From Octopus bimaculoides (lineage: Eukaryota), in contig NC_068994.1 in the NCBI RefSeq assembly GCF_001194135.2, forward strand, positions 57,353,194 to 57,417,193: DNA of 64,000 bases, given 5' to 3'. Numbering within the stretch: the first letter of the stretch is position 1; every line of letters begins with the position of its first letter. The notes beneath the pieces were generated by a model. It searched no databases. It saw only the letters and a program-made list of their open reading frames with translations, and was not told the origin of the DNA. The translations under genes and the position numbers were made by a program. This document shows, piece after piece, positions 13,260-25,505 of the stretch.

Positions 13260-13661
13260 ATTTACAATTACTGTAAAATTTCTAGCATTCAAACTATTAA
13301 TAAAGTTGCCTTGTTAAAATTTGATGCTCTGTGTCATATTGAGTTGTACTTGTGATGTTTCTGACGGAAGGGTTATGAATCTGCGCTAACTGGGAGCCAG
13401 TACATATATATATTTATATATATATATATATTTATATAACAGGTATTCACAATGAACCGAAAGCAATGAAAAGATTTCTACGTTGCGAATTTTTTTTCTG
13501 TCAAGCAATTTTTATATTTAGTAACATATTACGTCAACTGTCAACTTTAATTTGTCAGTGTTTGACGAAATACAGAAACGTTACAATTAAAAACTCTCTC
13601 CTGGATATTCTCAATACAATAAAGTCCGGAACAATATATAGTGTATGATCCCAGTTGGGAA

Positions 13662-13876
13662 TGCCAGCTGACAGAATCGTTAAGCACGCCGGGCAAAATG
13701 CTTCGTGGCTTTTCGTCCGTCCTTACATCCTGAGTTCAAATACCGCCGAGGTCGATTTTGCCTTTCATCCTTTTGGGGTCGATTAAATAAGTAGCAGTGA
13801 AACACTGGGGTCGATGTGATCAACTAGTCCCCTCCCCAAAAATTTCAGGCCTTGTGTCTGTAGTAGAAAGGATTTT
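13662..13876 (+). mobile_element. SINE family A, full length, tail type i
   Basis: cagctgacagaatcgtta...ccgaggtcgattttgcctttcatccttttggggtcg...caggccttgtgtctgtagtagaaagg. Confidence 0.93.
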
Positions 13877-13900
13877 TATGTGATCAAACTCTTATTTTAC

Positions 13901-13952
13901 CTTTACGTAATAGACAGCAACGGTTTCTAATGAGTATTTTCATAGCTGATTT
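13901..13952 (-). CDS. Candidate 52-nt exon (KSAMKILIRNRCCLLRK)
   Basis: Acceptor ttttagagtttcag|, donor AAAG|gtaaaa, single open frame. No homology recognised. Confidence 0.22.
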
Positions 13953-14159
13953 CTGAAACTCTAAAACAGTGTCCCTGACCATCGGCTCGCAGCCTAGTAC
14001 CAAGCGGTGGACCATTTGGCACCAGGCCACACAGAAGGAACAAGTAATTTTAATTTTATTCTTATGCTATTGACTACAGTCGTCTCCTTCAATCTGGAAT
14101 GACAAAGGTTGGCAGGTCAGCTTCATTGATGTCTAATAATGATATTCTAAATTTACAAT

Positions 14160-14310
14160 AATCAAACAACTGACAAGCAAATCTGTGGTATTGAGCAGAA
14201 TATTTACTGTAGCCCATCTTTTATACCAAGACAAAATAATGTACATTTTAACACTTCTAATCAATTAAGATCAGAAGCCCTGAGAGCCACTGCCTGGTAC
14301 TGCATCAGGG

Positions 14311-14312
<2 letters not shown>
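14160..14312 (+). mobile_element. Family D retroposon 3' end with (ATT)n tail
   Basis: caactgacaagcaaatctgtggtattgagcag shared with 7290-7320. Ends ...gcatcagggc(att)n. Confidence 0.75.
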
Positions 14313-14392
<80 letters not shown>

Positions 14393-14758
14393 GCCTTTGC
14401 ACAGCTTCTAACGCTGGAGATGTCCTACAGTGTCATCTGTTCGCTACCATTGAACTAAGGTAACACCTCTTATTTTTCGAGCACCTTCCGGAGTATTCGA
14501 GCGGTTCCAAGCAGTGCTGTTTTCTGCATGTGCTCCACCCTGATTGCAGCCCCTATTTGTTTGTTCCACCTGCTTCTCGAAATTTTTGCTTACTGTTCCC
14601 AAGGCTCCGACAATTGTTGGTACTACTGCTACCTTTTCCATTGACCACAACTGTTAACCTCCCAAGCTAACCTGCCACATCTCTCAACTTTTCTTTCTTC
14701 CTTATTGCATACCTTGTTGTCAGCCGGGCATGCTATGTCTATGATCCAGCATAGTTTG

Positions 14759-14760
<2 letters not shown>
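14393..14760 (-). mobile_element. 5'-truncated R4/Dong-like non-LTR retrotransposon (restriction-like endonuclease C-terminus plus 3' UTR)
   Basis: With two frameshifts reads CWIIDIACPADNKVCNKEERKVERCGRLAWEV/QLWSMEKVAVVPTIVGALGTVSKNFEKQVEQ/IGAAIRVEHMQKTALLGTARILRKVLEK* (stop 14470-14472), a typical RLE-clade LINE C-terminus. (AAT)n on both sides. Confidence 0.88.
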
Positions 14761-14816
<56 letters not shown>

Positions 14817-14840
14817 ATTATTATTATTATTATTATTATT

Positions 14841-14879
<39 letters not shown>
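14761..14879. repeat. (ATT)n then (ATC)n microsatellite; partner (ATT)n tract at 14312-14392
   Basis: Direct reading. Confidence 0.97.
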
Positions 14880-14882
<3 letters not shown>

Positions 14883-15129
14883 ACGTTTTCTGCTAGAACA
14901 GTGATGCAAATCTTTCTGCTAGTATGTAGAAATCATTTCGTCTTCGTATATTTCTGATCGTACAATATATATATTTAAGAATGTTCATATGTGATTGTTC
15001 ATTTTAGTCCGCGCAAATGAAGAATTTTGCTTTGTTCTTTCTTAGAAAATCCTAGCTATCCATGTTTTGTATAAATCTGTTGGCATTCGAGATCACCGGT
15101 ACACATGATTAACTCTATCCAGGAGACAA

Positions 15130-17760
15130 GAACCGTTAGTTATGCATCAATTCACCATACATGTTTTATTTTCCAAGATATTATTCAAGATAACTACATC
15201 CGCTGGACAGCAGCTGACCCCATTCCACCGTCTCAAAGAAAGCCAACTTTGTTGTTCCAGCTCAGGATTGCAGGTTGGAATGTATAACGTGTGTTCTTTA
15301 TTTTTGAAATGTTGCGAGAGTATTCTGGTTCCAGCTTTTCTGCAGTATGACATGAGAACAGTCGTTCCTAAAGCCAGAAAGATGAACAGATTTTGCATGG
15401 ATGCCATGTCTCCTGAAAAGTTAGTACCTTGCAGAGATTCTTAAGAAGCTGCTGATAATGTGGGTTATATTTCTCACGCCATTATGATTCAATCGATATT
15501 TTCTATCATAACGTTGTGGTCCGGGGGCATCCTTATCTCTTTTCATTGTTCAGGAATTTCATAATAATCTCATATTCCTCAGTTGCAAAGACGGTGTGTA
15601 CCGTGTATGTGTTTATGTATATATATATATATGCATCTACCTATGTATGAATATACGCAAATGTATGTTTTCATACGTATATATACAAGATGGCAAGGTG
15701 GGCAGCTGACAGAATGGTTAGCGCACCCGGCGAAACGCTTAAAAGTATTTCGTTCGTTTTTACGTTCTGGGTTCAAATTCCGTTAAAATCGGCTTTACCT
15801 TTCGTCCTTTCAGGATCGATAAAATAAATTGCAGTTAAACACTGGAGGTCGACGTAATCGACTTGTCCCTTCCCTCAAAATTGCTGGCCTCAATCTAATG
15901 TACCTTTTCTTAATGAGAAGGTTCATTGCTTAAAAATGTAAATGGCTTCATATTAGTTTTGTAGAATAAACCTACGAAAGACTAGATAAGCAAACCTATG
16001 AGTCAATGATATTCTAAACATATCTGTCCATCGTTTTGTCAGACTCATATCACAATATCAAACGTTTTTTTTTTCCTTATGACTCGAAAAAGAATTGGTT
16101 ACTATTTCTAGCGGTTGTTGCAACCACATAGTGGCTATCTTGACTTGAATTTATACATTTTAATATACAGAAATCATCCTCTCCATCATTATAGGTTGTT
16201 CAACCATTCGATCAATGACTAACTGAATGTATTGTCACGACTCTTAAGTATCAAAAATGGACAGCTCTCCTCCACAGGTTTCTTTTCTGAGCTTCTGTGA
16301 TCCGGCTGTGTCTATCAATGTTCGATCTCCACAAATTATGTCTAGCCATACATTTGTATCTTATTTTTGATTTATACTCCTTCTCAGACCGGTAGCCAGA
16401 TCGCCATCGTTGATTACATTGGCCAGATATGTAAAGTAGCTTTATTTCTACCAGATTCCTTTTCTATGGTGGTAGAGTGGTCTCAGGTTGTGCCAATAGA
16501 TTCGTGCCAGAGTTTCACTGATTGAAAACTTTCATCTCCAACATGTTAATGTTAAAACCGAAATTTGCGATTAGGCTACCAAAGTCAACCACAAGGCTCT
16601 GCATTTCTGCATCTTCTCTGAACTACAGAAGACAGGGGATCAATCTTCAACAAACAACATTTTTCTTAACTAGTTCCTTCTCCCATCACTCTAACTCCAT
16701 TCTAAGGATGTAATGTTGCAGCTTCCACTTCGATTGTGTGATTTTAGCTAAGTTCAAAGGAGTGTCGGTGACGTAAAGGAATTTGTATTCAGCTTGGTTG
16801 CATTGCCCTAGCAATGATTCAATATTAATATTCTTACAATCTTGCTTGATTTTCCATTCACAGTTCTCCCTGTCATATACAGTCGTGCAAAGCAAGGGTC
16901 ATTTTGAAATTGCAACTTTTGTTCTTTTTTTTGTGGTTATTTCTCCGATTCGAAAATTTTATATTTCTTTCCATAATAGTCTTTTTACATTCCTATCCGC
17001 CAACTTTTCAGTTCCCAGCTTTTGAGACTTGGGTGGTCTATGTTTTAAGTGCTACACTAAAGGCTTTCGATAATCTGTAACAAAGTTTGCTTCTCACCAA
17101 TATAATGAGTGCATCACCTCTCTCCTGCTGTTTTAGTTTAATTATTCCGGTGCTTTCAATGCGGATTCATCTAAGTCACTTTCCATTTTCCTTCCGCTCC
17201 AAGACGGTATCCTCATTCACGAGGCTTTGTTCGCACCATAAAGTGAGATGATCCCTTTTGTATCTCCCCTCTCCACATCCTACCTACCTTTAAAACCAAA
17301 CTACCATTAAGCGTCTAGCCCGACATTAACATTGATATCACCCATTACTATCAGATAATTATTTAGCAGAACTCTTCTTATACACCATCAGGTCTCATCA
17401 TTGTAGCAATGTAACTACTCAGGAAGATGTCAAGACATTCCTTTCCGACAGGAATTCTGAAACTGATGATTTGGTCGCGAATAGAAATTTTTGGCGGCGA
17501 TTCTTGTCTAAATTGACCATGATACAATTTCTCTTTTTATAACAAAATTAACATTTGATTAGCATTCCACTCCAAAATAATATGTCCCCTACCCTTAATA
17601 CTGCTAAATGCTGTTGGTCTCGCCTCACAAAAGACAATTCTATAAATTTGTATCTATCCAGCGCCCATACCACAAATGCAATGCGAATCTTTAGCTTATA
17701 TCATTTTACTCTGTCGGGCATTGTTCTAACATAACACTGAGCAAGTAAAGACTCCATTTT
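15130..17760 (-). mobile_element. Decayed RTE (BovB-like) LINE, interrupted by a SINE and microsatellite at about 15560-15900
   Basis: In 5'-3' order on minus: APE-like ISIRDQIISFRIPVGK..IFLSSYIATM (~17480-17400), RT-like REDAEMQSLVVDFGSLIANFGFNINM (~16620-16540), C-terminal QETW..ILSWNNKV (~15410-15240). Many stops and frameshifts. Confidence 0.7.
15693..15890 (+). mobile_element. SINE family A inserted within the RTE remnant
   Basis: gcagctgacagaatggttagc...ttacgttctgggttcaaattcc...gaggtcgacgtaatcgacttg. Confidence 0.87.
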
Positions 17761-18599
17761 TTTTCTTTCATTTTCTCAATTTTCGTGACTGATCGAAGCT
17801 GCAGATTGATCAATCCTTGTTAACTCGAGTATGGATGACTCAGTTTTACTTTTGACTTGTCACGTCATCGGATTTGTTGTAAAAGATTTAAGTATTAACA
17901 GGTTTTGCAGGTGATATCACATTAACTTTAGTGAAACAGCTACAACTGTTATTTCAGCCTTGATCTCGTTCCCTACTCATGAAATTTTATTACCTATTTA
18001 TGGTTAACTGCTTTATAACTTTATACAATTACGTTTCGAGCCCGTGAAGTAAATTCAACGTAGCTGATCAGCCAGCTAGAAACAGCAGTCAATTCTCCAT
18101 CAAATCACATATCGGCATATCTAAGATAATGGACTCCAAGATACATTTAAAAAGACGAGATGGTCACATCTGGAATTCAGATGATAATAGAGCTTCTCAG
18201 TCAGAAGTGAATTTGGACAACACAAAAGCAACAATAAGATGTAATTACTATTCAATTTGACTAAATTGGTCACATGTTTGTGTTCTCTTTACAAAACCTA
18301 GTAGGTCATTCTTTCTCTGTACTACTACAACTACTACTACTGCTGTTGCTGCTACTACTACAATAGAATGCTAATGTAATAAATAAAATAGTTCAATAAT
18401 ATAGCTGGAATTTGTTAATTTTCATATGATTACTTTCAAAAATTCTTATTAAATATCTTTAATATCGCATCAACCATTAAATGTTTCATTTTCTTTCAGT
18501 AACGTTTGATCTCCTTGAGATTTTTCCATTACAATTTCTTATTGTAAATCAGTTTTACTGTGGCAACTTCCTTCTCTCCTTGGCTCCCACTTCCCCTAC

Positions 18600-18790
18600 C
18601 TTAATCGATATTTCAAATCTAAAAGCTAAAGGCTCATTCAAACGAATCGAAATAAGAGAACAAAATGATCACTAAGATGGAAACGGAGATTGCAGCGGCA
18701 GCCATCATGGAAAAAGATTAAAACAAAACTCCCGCCATTTTGATCCCACTAATTGATGACGTAAAATGTTATCGACAACGCTCCTCCGAA
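18600..18790 (-). promoter_or_regulatory. Candidate TSS region / non-coding first exon on minus strand
   Basis: Two same-strand YY1-type motifs (caaaatggcgg 18732-18742, gatggctgccg 18696-18706), TGACGTAA 18757-18764, donor AAG|gtaggg at 18600/18599. Confidence 0.35.
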
Positions 18791-19343
18791 CAGTTTATCG
18801 AATCTTAATCTCTCTCTGTTTGCCTGATTACTATCTACATATTCAGCGACCAATTTATTTCACCTCTCTTTTCTCGCGCCAACTCTAGTCTTCACATTTG
18901 TCCGCTCCTCCTCCTCCTCCTCGTCCTCCTCCTTCTTCTTCTTCTTCTTTCTTGTCAATGTACGTGTGTGTGTGTGTGTGTGTGTGTTAGGTGTAGGCGT
19001 ATTTATACATGCATGTGTACGTGTATGTGTAAACTGCAATATGTATGTAGCTGAGTAAAACTTCTGTTCTTTACATGTGTTTCATACACTTTTTTCCCTT
19101 TTATCACTTCTGCTATCTCTTCCTCCCTCTCTCTTTCTCTCTCTCTCTATCTATCTATCTCTCCCTCCCTCCCTTTGTCTGTGTGTTTACTAAATGTCTT
19201 CGCGTTGTCTTTAGTGTATCTTTATTCTTAACATTTCACTATTTCCTTTACTAATAGCAGTAAGCGTTGCATTAGCACTCTGTAACTGCACAAACTTGAA
19301 CTAACAAGTCCTCCTCCTGCCTCACATTCCTTTTACTGCTACT

Positions 19344-19344
<1 letters not shown>

Positions 19345-19383
<39 letters not shown>

Positions 19384-19467
19384 CTTTCCCACACCATACA
19401 CATCTATAAATATGTGTGAGTATCTGTATAAGAAGTATTTCATACTTACATACAGACAGACAGACAG

Positions 19468-19501
<34 letters not shown>

Positions 19502-19521
19502 AGGGAGAGAGAGAGAGAGAG

Positions 19522-19579
<58 letters not shown>

Positions 19580-19607
19580 GGAGAGAGAGAGATAGATAGA
19601 TAGATAT

Positions 19608-19652
<45 letters not shown>

Positions 19653-19682
19653 CAGATAGATAGATAGATAGATAGATAGATA
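19345..19682. repeat. Compound (CT)n / (AGAC)n(AGAT)n(AG)n tracts
   Basis: Direct reading. Confidence 0.96.
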
Positions 19683-19937
19683 AAGTGCCATTCTCGCGCT
19701 CGTTCTCTCGCTCGCTCACTCTACCTCTATCAAAAACTGTTGATCATTTTCACAGTGAAACTCTTCAACAATATCTTACTAACCTATTTAACTGTATTGA
19801 TGACGCAGTTGCCTGCAACTTACTTTAGACACTATAACGCACAGGATCACGTGATCTTTTGTTAGAAGAACGAGTGGAATATCTGTCGCATTAAACACAT
19901 TGCCATGTGCTGTACGCATACACACACATGGATATAC

Positions 19938-19989
<52 letters not shown>

Positions 19990-20379
19990 CTCAGCGTATA
20001 TAGAGATACATAAACACACACGCACACATTCACGTACAGAAGTATCATTTCATAAACCTATATAAAAAGTCATTTGAATGAAACTAAGTTAGCAAGAACC
20101 ATGCTTGTAGTTCCAAAGGCCATTTCCGAAGCATGCTACACTTTACTCCAGATATATCAATACTGCATATGCTGCTACACAACTGCATATATTACTGATG
20201 TGTAGAAATAATGCATGTCACTGTATCACTAACGTCATTGTACCATGCATATCATTATACAATACAGTTTGGCTATACGTAGAAATGTGGCTGGGTCTCC
20301 GAGATCACTCGATCTACTAGAAATATCAACCCATTCACCCTCAAATGATATCTTAGTTGCTTAAATAAAGAACGATGCT

Positions 20380-21112
20380 TGGGATAACAAGGCAGAAATG
20401 CTCAAAAATGCTGTAATGGCTGAATTGACATGTCCGTTGAATTGCTGCTGGCGTGAGCAGAAGGTGTCACAGAGTTGGCAACAAGGAATCATTGAGAGAT
20501 TGTCGAATAAGGAAGACCTATCCAACTGCAATAATGGATGAGGAATCAAACTGTTGTCAGCCGTGGCTAATGTTTTCCACGCAACGATTCTAAACAGACT
20601 GGAAGAAATCGTGGACGTTGAACTATGAAAGGAACCAACTGGATCTCGTAACAACGGATCCTGGTGAGCAGATCTTCAGAAATATTATTGAACAGTTTAC
20701 TGCGCATGAATTACCACTAAAGCTAAATTTTATTCACTTTAGAAAGGCATTTGATAGTGTCCACAGATAGTCCCGATTGAGCATTTTTTTCTTTCTTTTA
20801 TTTTGCGCTATGGCATCCCTCAACACATTGTCAATATCTTTAAAGAACTTTACTGAAATTGGCAATGATATAGTCGAACAGAAAGCGGCAAGATAGACTT
20901 CTTCGACAGCATTACTGGAGCGAGACAAGGCCGCATTTTGTTGCCCCTACTGTTCTTACAAGCAGTACGCTTTGTCCCAAAGAAAACATCAAAGATACCC
21001 GATGGAGAAATATCATGGAAGCAGACCTAGTAAGACCAATGAGACTGGCGAGTTTAATGTCCGTTTTGAGCAGATGGAAGTTGACGGTTGACGGAAAAAC
21101 AGGTCTAACTAC
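20380..21112 (+). mobile_element. Decayed RTE LINE reverse-transcriptase fragment
   Basis: Reads WQQGIIERLSNKEDLSNCNNG*GIKLLSAVANVFHATILNRLEE..NFIHFRKAFDSVHR..GIPQHIVNIFKELY..GARQGRILLPLLF, matching RTE RT subdomains with stops and frameshifts. Confidence 0.88.
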
Positions 21113-21354
21113 AATTCTATATTTAAGAGATGAGGAATTATGTACATTATTTACATTATTTTCATTATTTACATTTGACGGATATTTGTCCTCATTTTGT
21201 TTCGAAAAATACCTTAGGAATGAGAACCCAGGTTCGAATGTCCCCAAGACACCTAATGAAGGCTGGAGGGTATATCAGCCGAAACGTTGTGTTAACAACA
21301 AACAAGATGAGAACAAATATCCGTCAAATGTAAATAATGTAAATAATGTAAATA
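21113..21354 (+). mobile_element. Fold-back Penelope-like / retrozyme-like insertion with 12-bp TSD
   Basis: Flanked by direct repeat AGGTCTAACTAC (21101-21112, 21355-21366). Inverted arms 21147-21201 and 21301-21355 match at 52/55. Confidence 0.85.
21248..21293 (+). ncRNA. Minimal type I hammerhead ribozyme motif, G5A variant
   Basis: GACAC-CTAATGA-A-GGCTG-gagggtatat-CAGCC-GAAACGTT-GTGTT: helix I (5 bp, one GU), helix II (5 bp), palindromic ACGT helix III. Core CUGAUGA reads CUAAUGA. Confidence 0.7.
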
Positions 21355-21499
21355 AGGTCTAACTACGGAGAGAATTTTAGAGGAAATAAATTTTATAAAT
21401 GAATGACCTGTTATAGGGATTAATACAGCGCCTGCTGTGGGTACGACACAATATGAGAGACGAGGTGGGAGATTAGGAGGATGAAGTGGGGAGGATATG

Positions 21500-21805
21500 A
21501 GACCAATCAGCTTTGAGCAGCGGTAGTCACAGTTGTAGCTGTACAAAAAGCAATGCAAGAAAACAGCAAACATGTGGGCCAATTTTGGGGTCTCTTGGCG
21601 AAAGGTTTCATGCCAATCAATCGGGTGGCCGTTTGGTGGGGGAGGGATGGATGTGGTGTAGAATGTCTGTAGATGTAATGACTGCAAAATCCAAGCTGTC
21701 AGTCTCAGTTGAACCTTGTCAAGTGATGGTAATTGTTGCGAATGTATCGCATATGACGTCACGCAGTACAGTAGTCTGTACTGCGTCTCGGTCTCACTTC
21801 CACGA
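21500..21805 (+). promoter_or_regulatory. Promoter-like motif cluster
   Basis: CCAAT at 21503, 21579 and 21613, perfect CRE TGACGTCA 21754-21761, Inr-like TCACTTC near 21794, locally raised CpG. Confidence 0.4.
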
Positions 21806-24269
21806 AGATCAAACAAAAACTTATCGGGTATTGAGCTGCAGCTTGTAATAGACAAGCGTGCTCTCCGGGTACATTATTATCTCATTTATTTCCTTGTTAA
21901 AGGAAACTGATGTTTCACACTGGACCCACAGATAGTTCTGACTTCTGAAAGAATTAACTTCTTTTTCTTTTCATATGTCTGTCATTTTCTTTAGTGTTGT
22001 TGGCCTTTCCAGCCGTGACCCTTCACTAATTTTCAGGAATAGTGTAACTAGGACTACATCGCTCAACGTGTTCTTCCTTAGTGTAAGACGATAGGGCACG
22101 GTAATAGCGAAATGTGACTGTAATTTCTATCAGACCCAATGATAGAGTAGAAACTCACTCATTAACACTTCACATCATTAGTTATTTGAGGCTATGTATT
22201 GTTGTTTAATTCAATACTGGTTACTCTGGAAACACCAAATCTAAATATAAGTCTTATAGATCCCATCTTCGATAACATCCCATTTATTGGAATCAATGGC
22301 AGATATTGTAATAATGGCGAACAAAGAATAATCCATGGCATTATCTTAAAGATAGACGCAGCTTCATTGAGTAAGCATTCGTATTAGCATTAATTTCTCC
22401 ATATGTAATTCGAAACTTAACCGAACGCAGCGCATTAGTAGTTGAGATGTGAATACCGATCGTTTGTGTTCCTCTCATAAAATATTCATGCCTTGTGAAT
22501 ATTCTCGAATGACACGCATCGTGATTTGTCAAGAAATAACGGACTCCGTTTGTCCGTGTGTATGCATGGATGATCGTAAAGAATTCGGAATAGAGATAAA
22601 AGCGGGACATTTTAAAGTTGTGTGTCTATAAATATCAGACTTCTTTTATAACTGAAATTTCTCACGCCAGAGATGTCAATTTGGAAATAATAACACAACT
22701 GGCAGATATGGCTGGCTATGTTTATCGAGCTATTTTTTTCCTAGTCCGAAAATTCTGAAATTCTGTTTAAATATGTCTTGGAGTTACAGATCATTTAAAT
22801 ATTATGATTAACTATCATACTTGTATCTTCTGTCCAGACATTTATGTCAGAGAAATATATACTTATATCTTGCTTATGCAGCTCTGTGTCTGAGTGTATG
22901 TATGTGTGTGTGTGAGGGTATCTATGTATTATCTATTTAGCTCTATAAATAGATACAGGTTCTACCATATATATATATAGATTTAGACGCAGACACCTTA
23001 TCCGAATTTAATATTATATTTATTATATAGAACTTCAGGTAAACACAGTATCAGTATTACAATTATATAAAACTCTATGCAAATGTAATATCATATATCA
23101 TATTTATATAGGTCTGAATGTAAAGACCACATCCCAGGGTAGAAACCTACTTAAACAACTCGATACGTGGAGACAGTATCAAAACTATTATATATCTATA
23201 GAAAACTCAACACAGATTCAATATCTCCATGTGGTCTCGTATTTATAAAGTTTTCAATGGAGACCCAATATTATATTGTATCCATATGAAGTCTATGTTC
23301 TATGTATCTACATTCTTATATAGATATATTCTTGTCTAATTTTCGACCCAGTCACTCTGCTGTATTCATATCTTGTATATATACTCATATTTTCACTCTT
23401 AACAACATACACACTCAAATCTCTCTATCTATCTATCTATCTATCTATCTACCGTTGCATATATATATATATATATATATATACTAATAATATTAAATTG
23501 ATTGAAGAGTGATACCTTCTTTGAGGGGTCTTCCTCGAGAGTGAACAGCATCAGCATCACTGAAACATACTTTGGTATCAATCTCATGCAGGGATTTCCT
23601 TCGGAAACAGACACTATATCACGTTGCTAAGAGATTATGCTCTATAATTATTTCAAAGTATACCACTAGGCCAACAATTTTAGTAGGAGGGATTAATCCA
23701 TAGCATCGAATCCAGTACATGACTGGTACTTTATTTTATTGACTCTGAATTAAAATTAATTTCAATTTACTTTCCATTTTAATTCAGCATGACTAGATTG
23801 TCTGCTTAAATGATCGAAACCGGTAGCTGTTCTAGTTAAAAATGTAAAAAATGTCCTTTTTCCGTAATAAAGTTTTCGGTTGTTTATTATGCGTGTATAT
23901 ATATATATTTATTATTTTATTAAAGCCAAAAGATTTCACAACCTGTTGCACAGGGTTTCACGTAACGATTCTTCAAATATTATCACGACAGACTGGTGAA
24001 CTGTTAAAAGAAACTCTGAGTAAGAGTTTGTCATGTTTATTCCGGCGTTACAAAAAATAGAATTTTACTCTACCTTTGGTATTTGAGTACTATTTGTTCA
24101 CGTTTTGCACTTATTTGCTTAACTGTGTGCCTATATATGTGTGGGGGTTGTGTGTGTGTGGGTGTTTGTATATATATACATATATATATTTATGTATTAT
24201 GTATCTATCCATAAGCATAAACATGTATATGTATGTCCACACACGCATGATATATACATGTGAGTGTGA

Positions 24270-24425
24270 ATATGTATGTATGTATGTATCTATCTATTTG
24301 TATGTGTGTATGCATGTATGTATATCTGTCTGTCTGTCTGTATGTATGTATGTGTGTATGTATGTATGTATGTATGTATGTATGTATGTATGTGTGTATG
24401 TATGTATGTATGTATTTATGTATGT
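24270..24425. repeat. (TATG)n degenerate tetranucleotide tract
   Basis: Direct reading. Confidence 0.95.
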
Positions 24426-25327
24426 TCAGAGCTGTTCGGAAGCACAATATTAGAGTAAGGATGCGATGTTGGATCGGTAAAATTTCAGTAAAGGAAATAG
24501 TTCCAAGTTACTATTATAGTTAATCGTCGTTGCTTGTCTTAGATATGACTACGAAACTGCTGCTGCTGCTGCTACTAATAATAATACTGTTGCTGGGGAT
24601 AATGCTTCTGCTGTTGCTGCTGGTGCTGTTATTAATCTAGTTGAAACATCAAATAGGAAATACCACTCCAAAATAGTCCCCAGAATGGTGAATTGAAAAT
24701 CTTCAAATACAAGAATCTACAAAAACTCGTCTGTTGTATGCGTTAAACAAAGACACCATCAACAGGCACTAATTTTACTACTTCCGGTAAGGATTTTCTT
24801 CTGCTTTTAACTTTAATGGCAGCAGCACGAAATATCTTCAACTTCCTGTCCCTTCCTGAAAAACTTCAAACACCATTTCCCCTCCTCCATCCGTTCTGCT
24901 GTACACATTTCCCTTTATTTGAAGCGATTCGTTTTATATTTTATTTGAAGATGGAACACTTTCTTGGTTAACATTTATCGATATTTTCGTTTTGAATGGA
25001 AGAGCGAAGCAAGGAATTGGTATATTGGCTGTTTGAATAACTACATACGCACTCTTTCTCTCGCACTCTCTCTCACTCTCTCACTCACTCTCTCTTTTCA
25101 TATACATATATATATATACATATATATTAATGGTTGTTTTATGTGCAGTTACAGATAAAAACAATTCACTTCAGCATTAAACTGTAGGATTACTCAATAT
25201 TTTTTCCGTAGAGTACATATCGATTAACTTCTGCAAGGAAAATGTTGGCAGTGAATTCGAAGTATCAGATTACCATCACTGCTGATGGCGTCTACAACAA
25301 AACAACCATGTAACTGTCAACCTTTCC

Positions 25328-25361
<34 letters not shown>

Positions 25362-25369
25362 GCGACGGA

Positions 25370-25505
25370 CATTTTCCGTCTACCAAATCCACTTACAAGG
25401 CTTTGGTCGGCTCGAGGCTAAAGTAGAAGACACTTGGCCAAGGTGACATGCAGTAGGATTGAACCCGGAAGCATGTGGTTTGTAAGCAAGCTAGTTACCA
25501 CACAT
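25370..25505 (-). mobile_element. tRNA-derived SINE family B, 5' half
   Basis: ccgtctaccaaatccacttacaaggctttggtcggctcgaggcta...gaacccggaagcatgtgg, shared with 30850-30990. Confidence 0.88.

Noticed and set aside
13901-13952. KSAMKILIRNRCC as a GPCR helix-8/palmitoylation segment
   Set aside because: No transmembrane-coding exons found upstream in the window, so no gene family is assigned.
18627-18708. Signal-peptide-like MMAAAAISVSILVIILFSYFDSFE* on the minus strand
   Set aside because: Stops after 24 codons, before the splice donor. At most a uORF.
21292-21855. 187-aa minus-strand ORF
   Set aside because: No recognisable domain. It runs through promoter-like motifs and ends inside the fold-back repeat.
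21995-22082. Plus-strand exon-like segment with strong acceptor and gtaaga donor
   Set aside because: Appears to be the reverse complement of an old dispersed repeat also seen near 18070-18180, 20285-20350 and 47270-47420.
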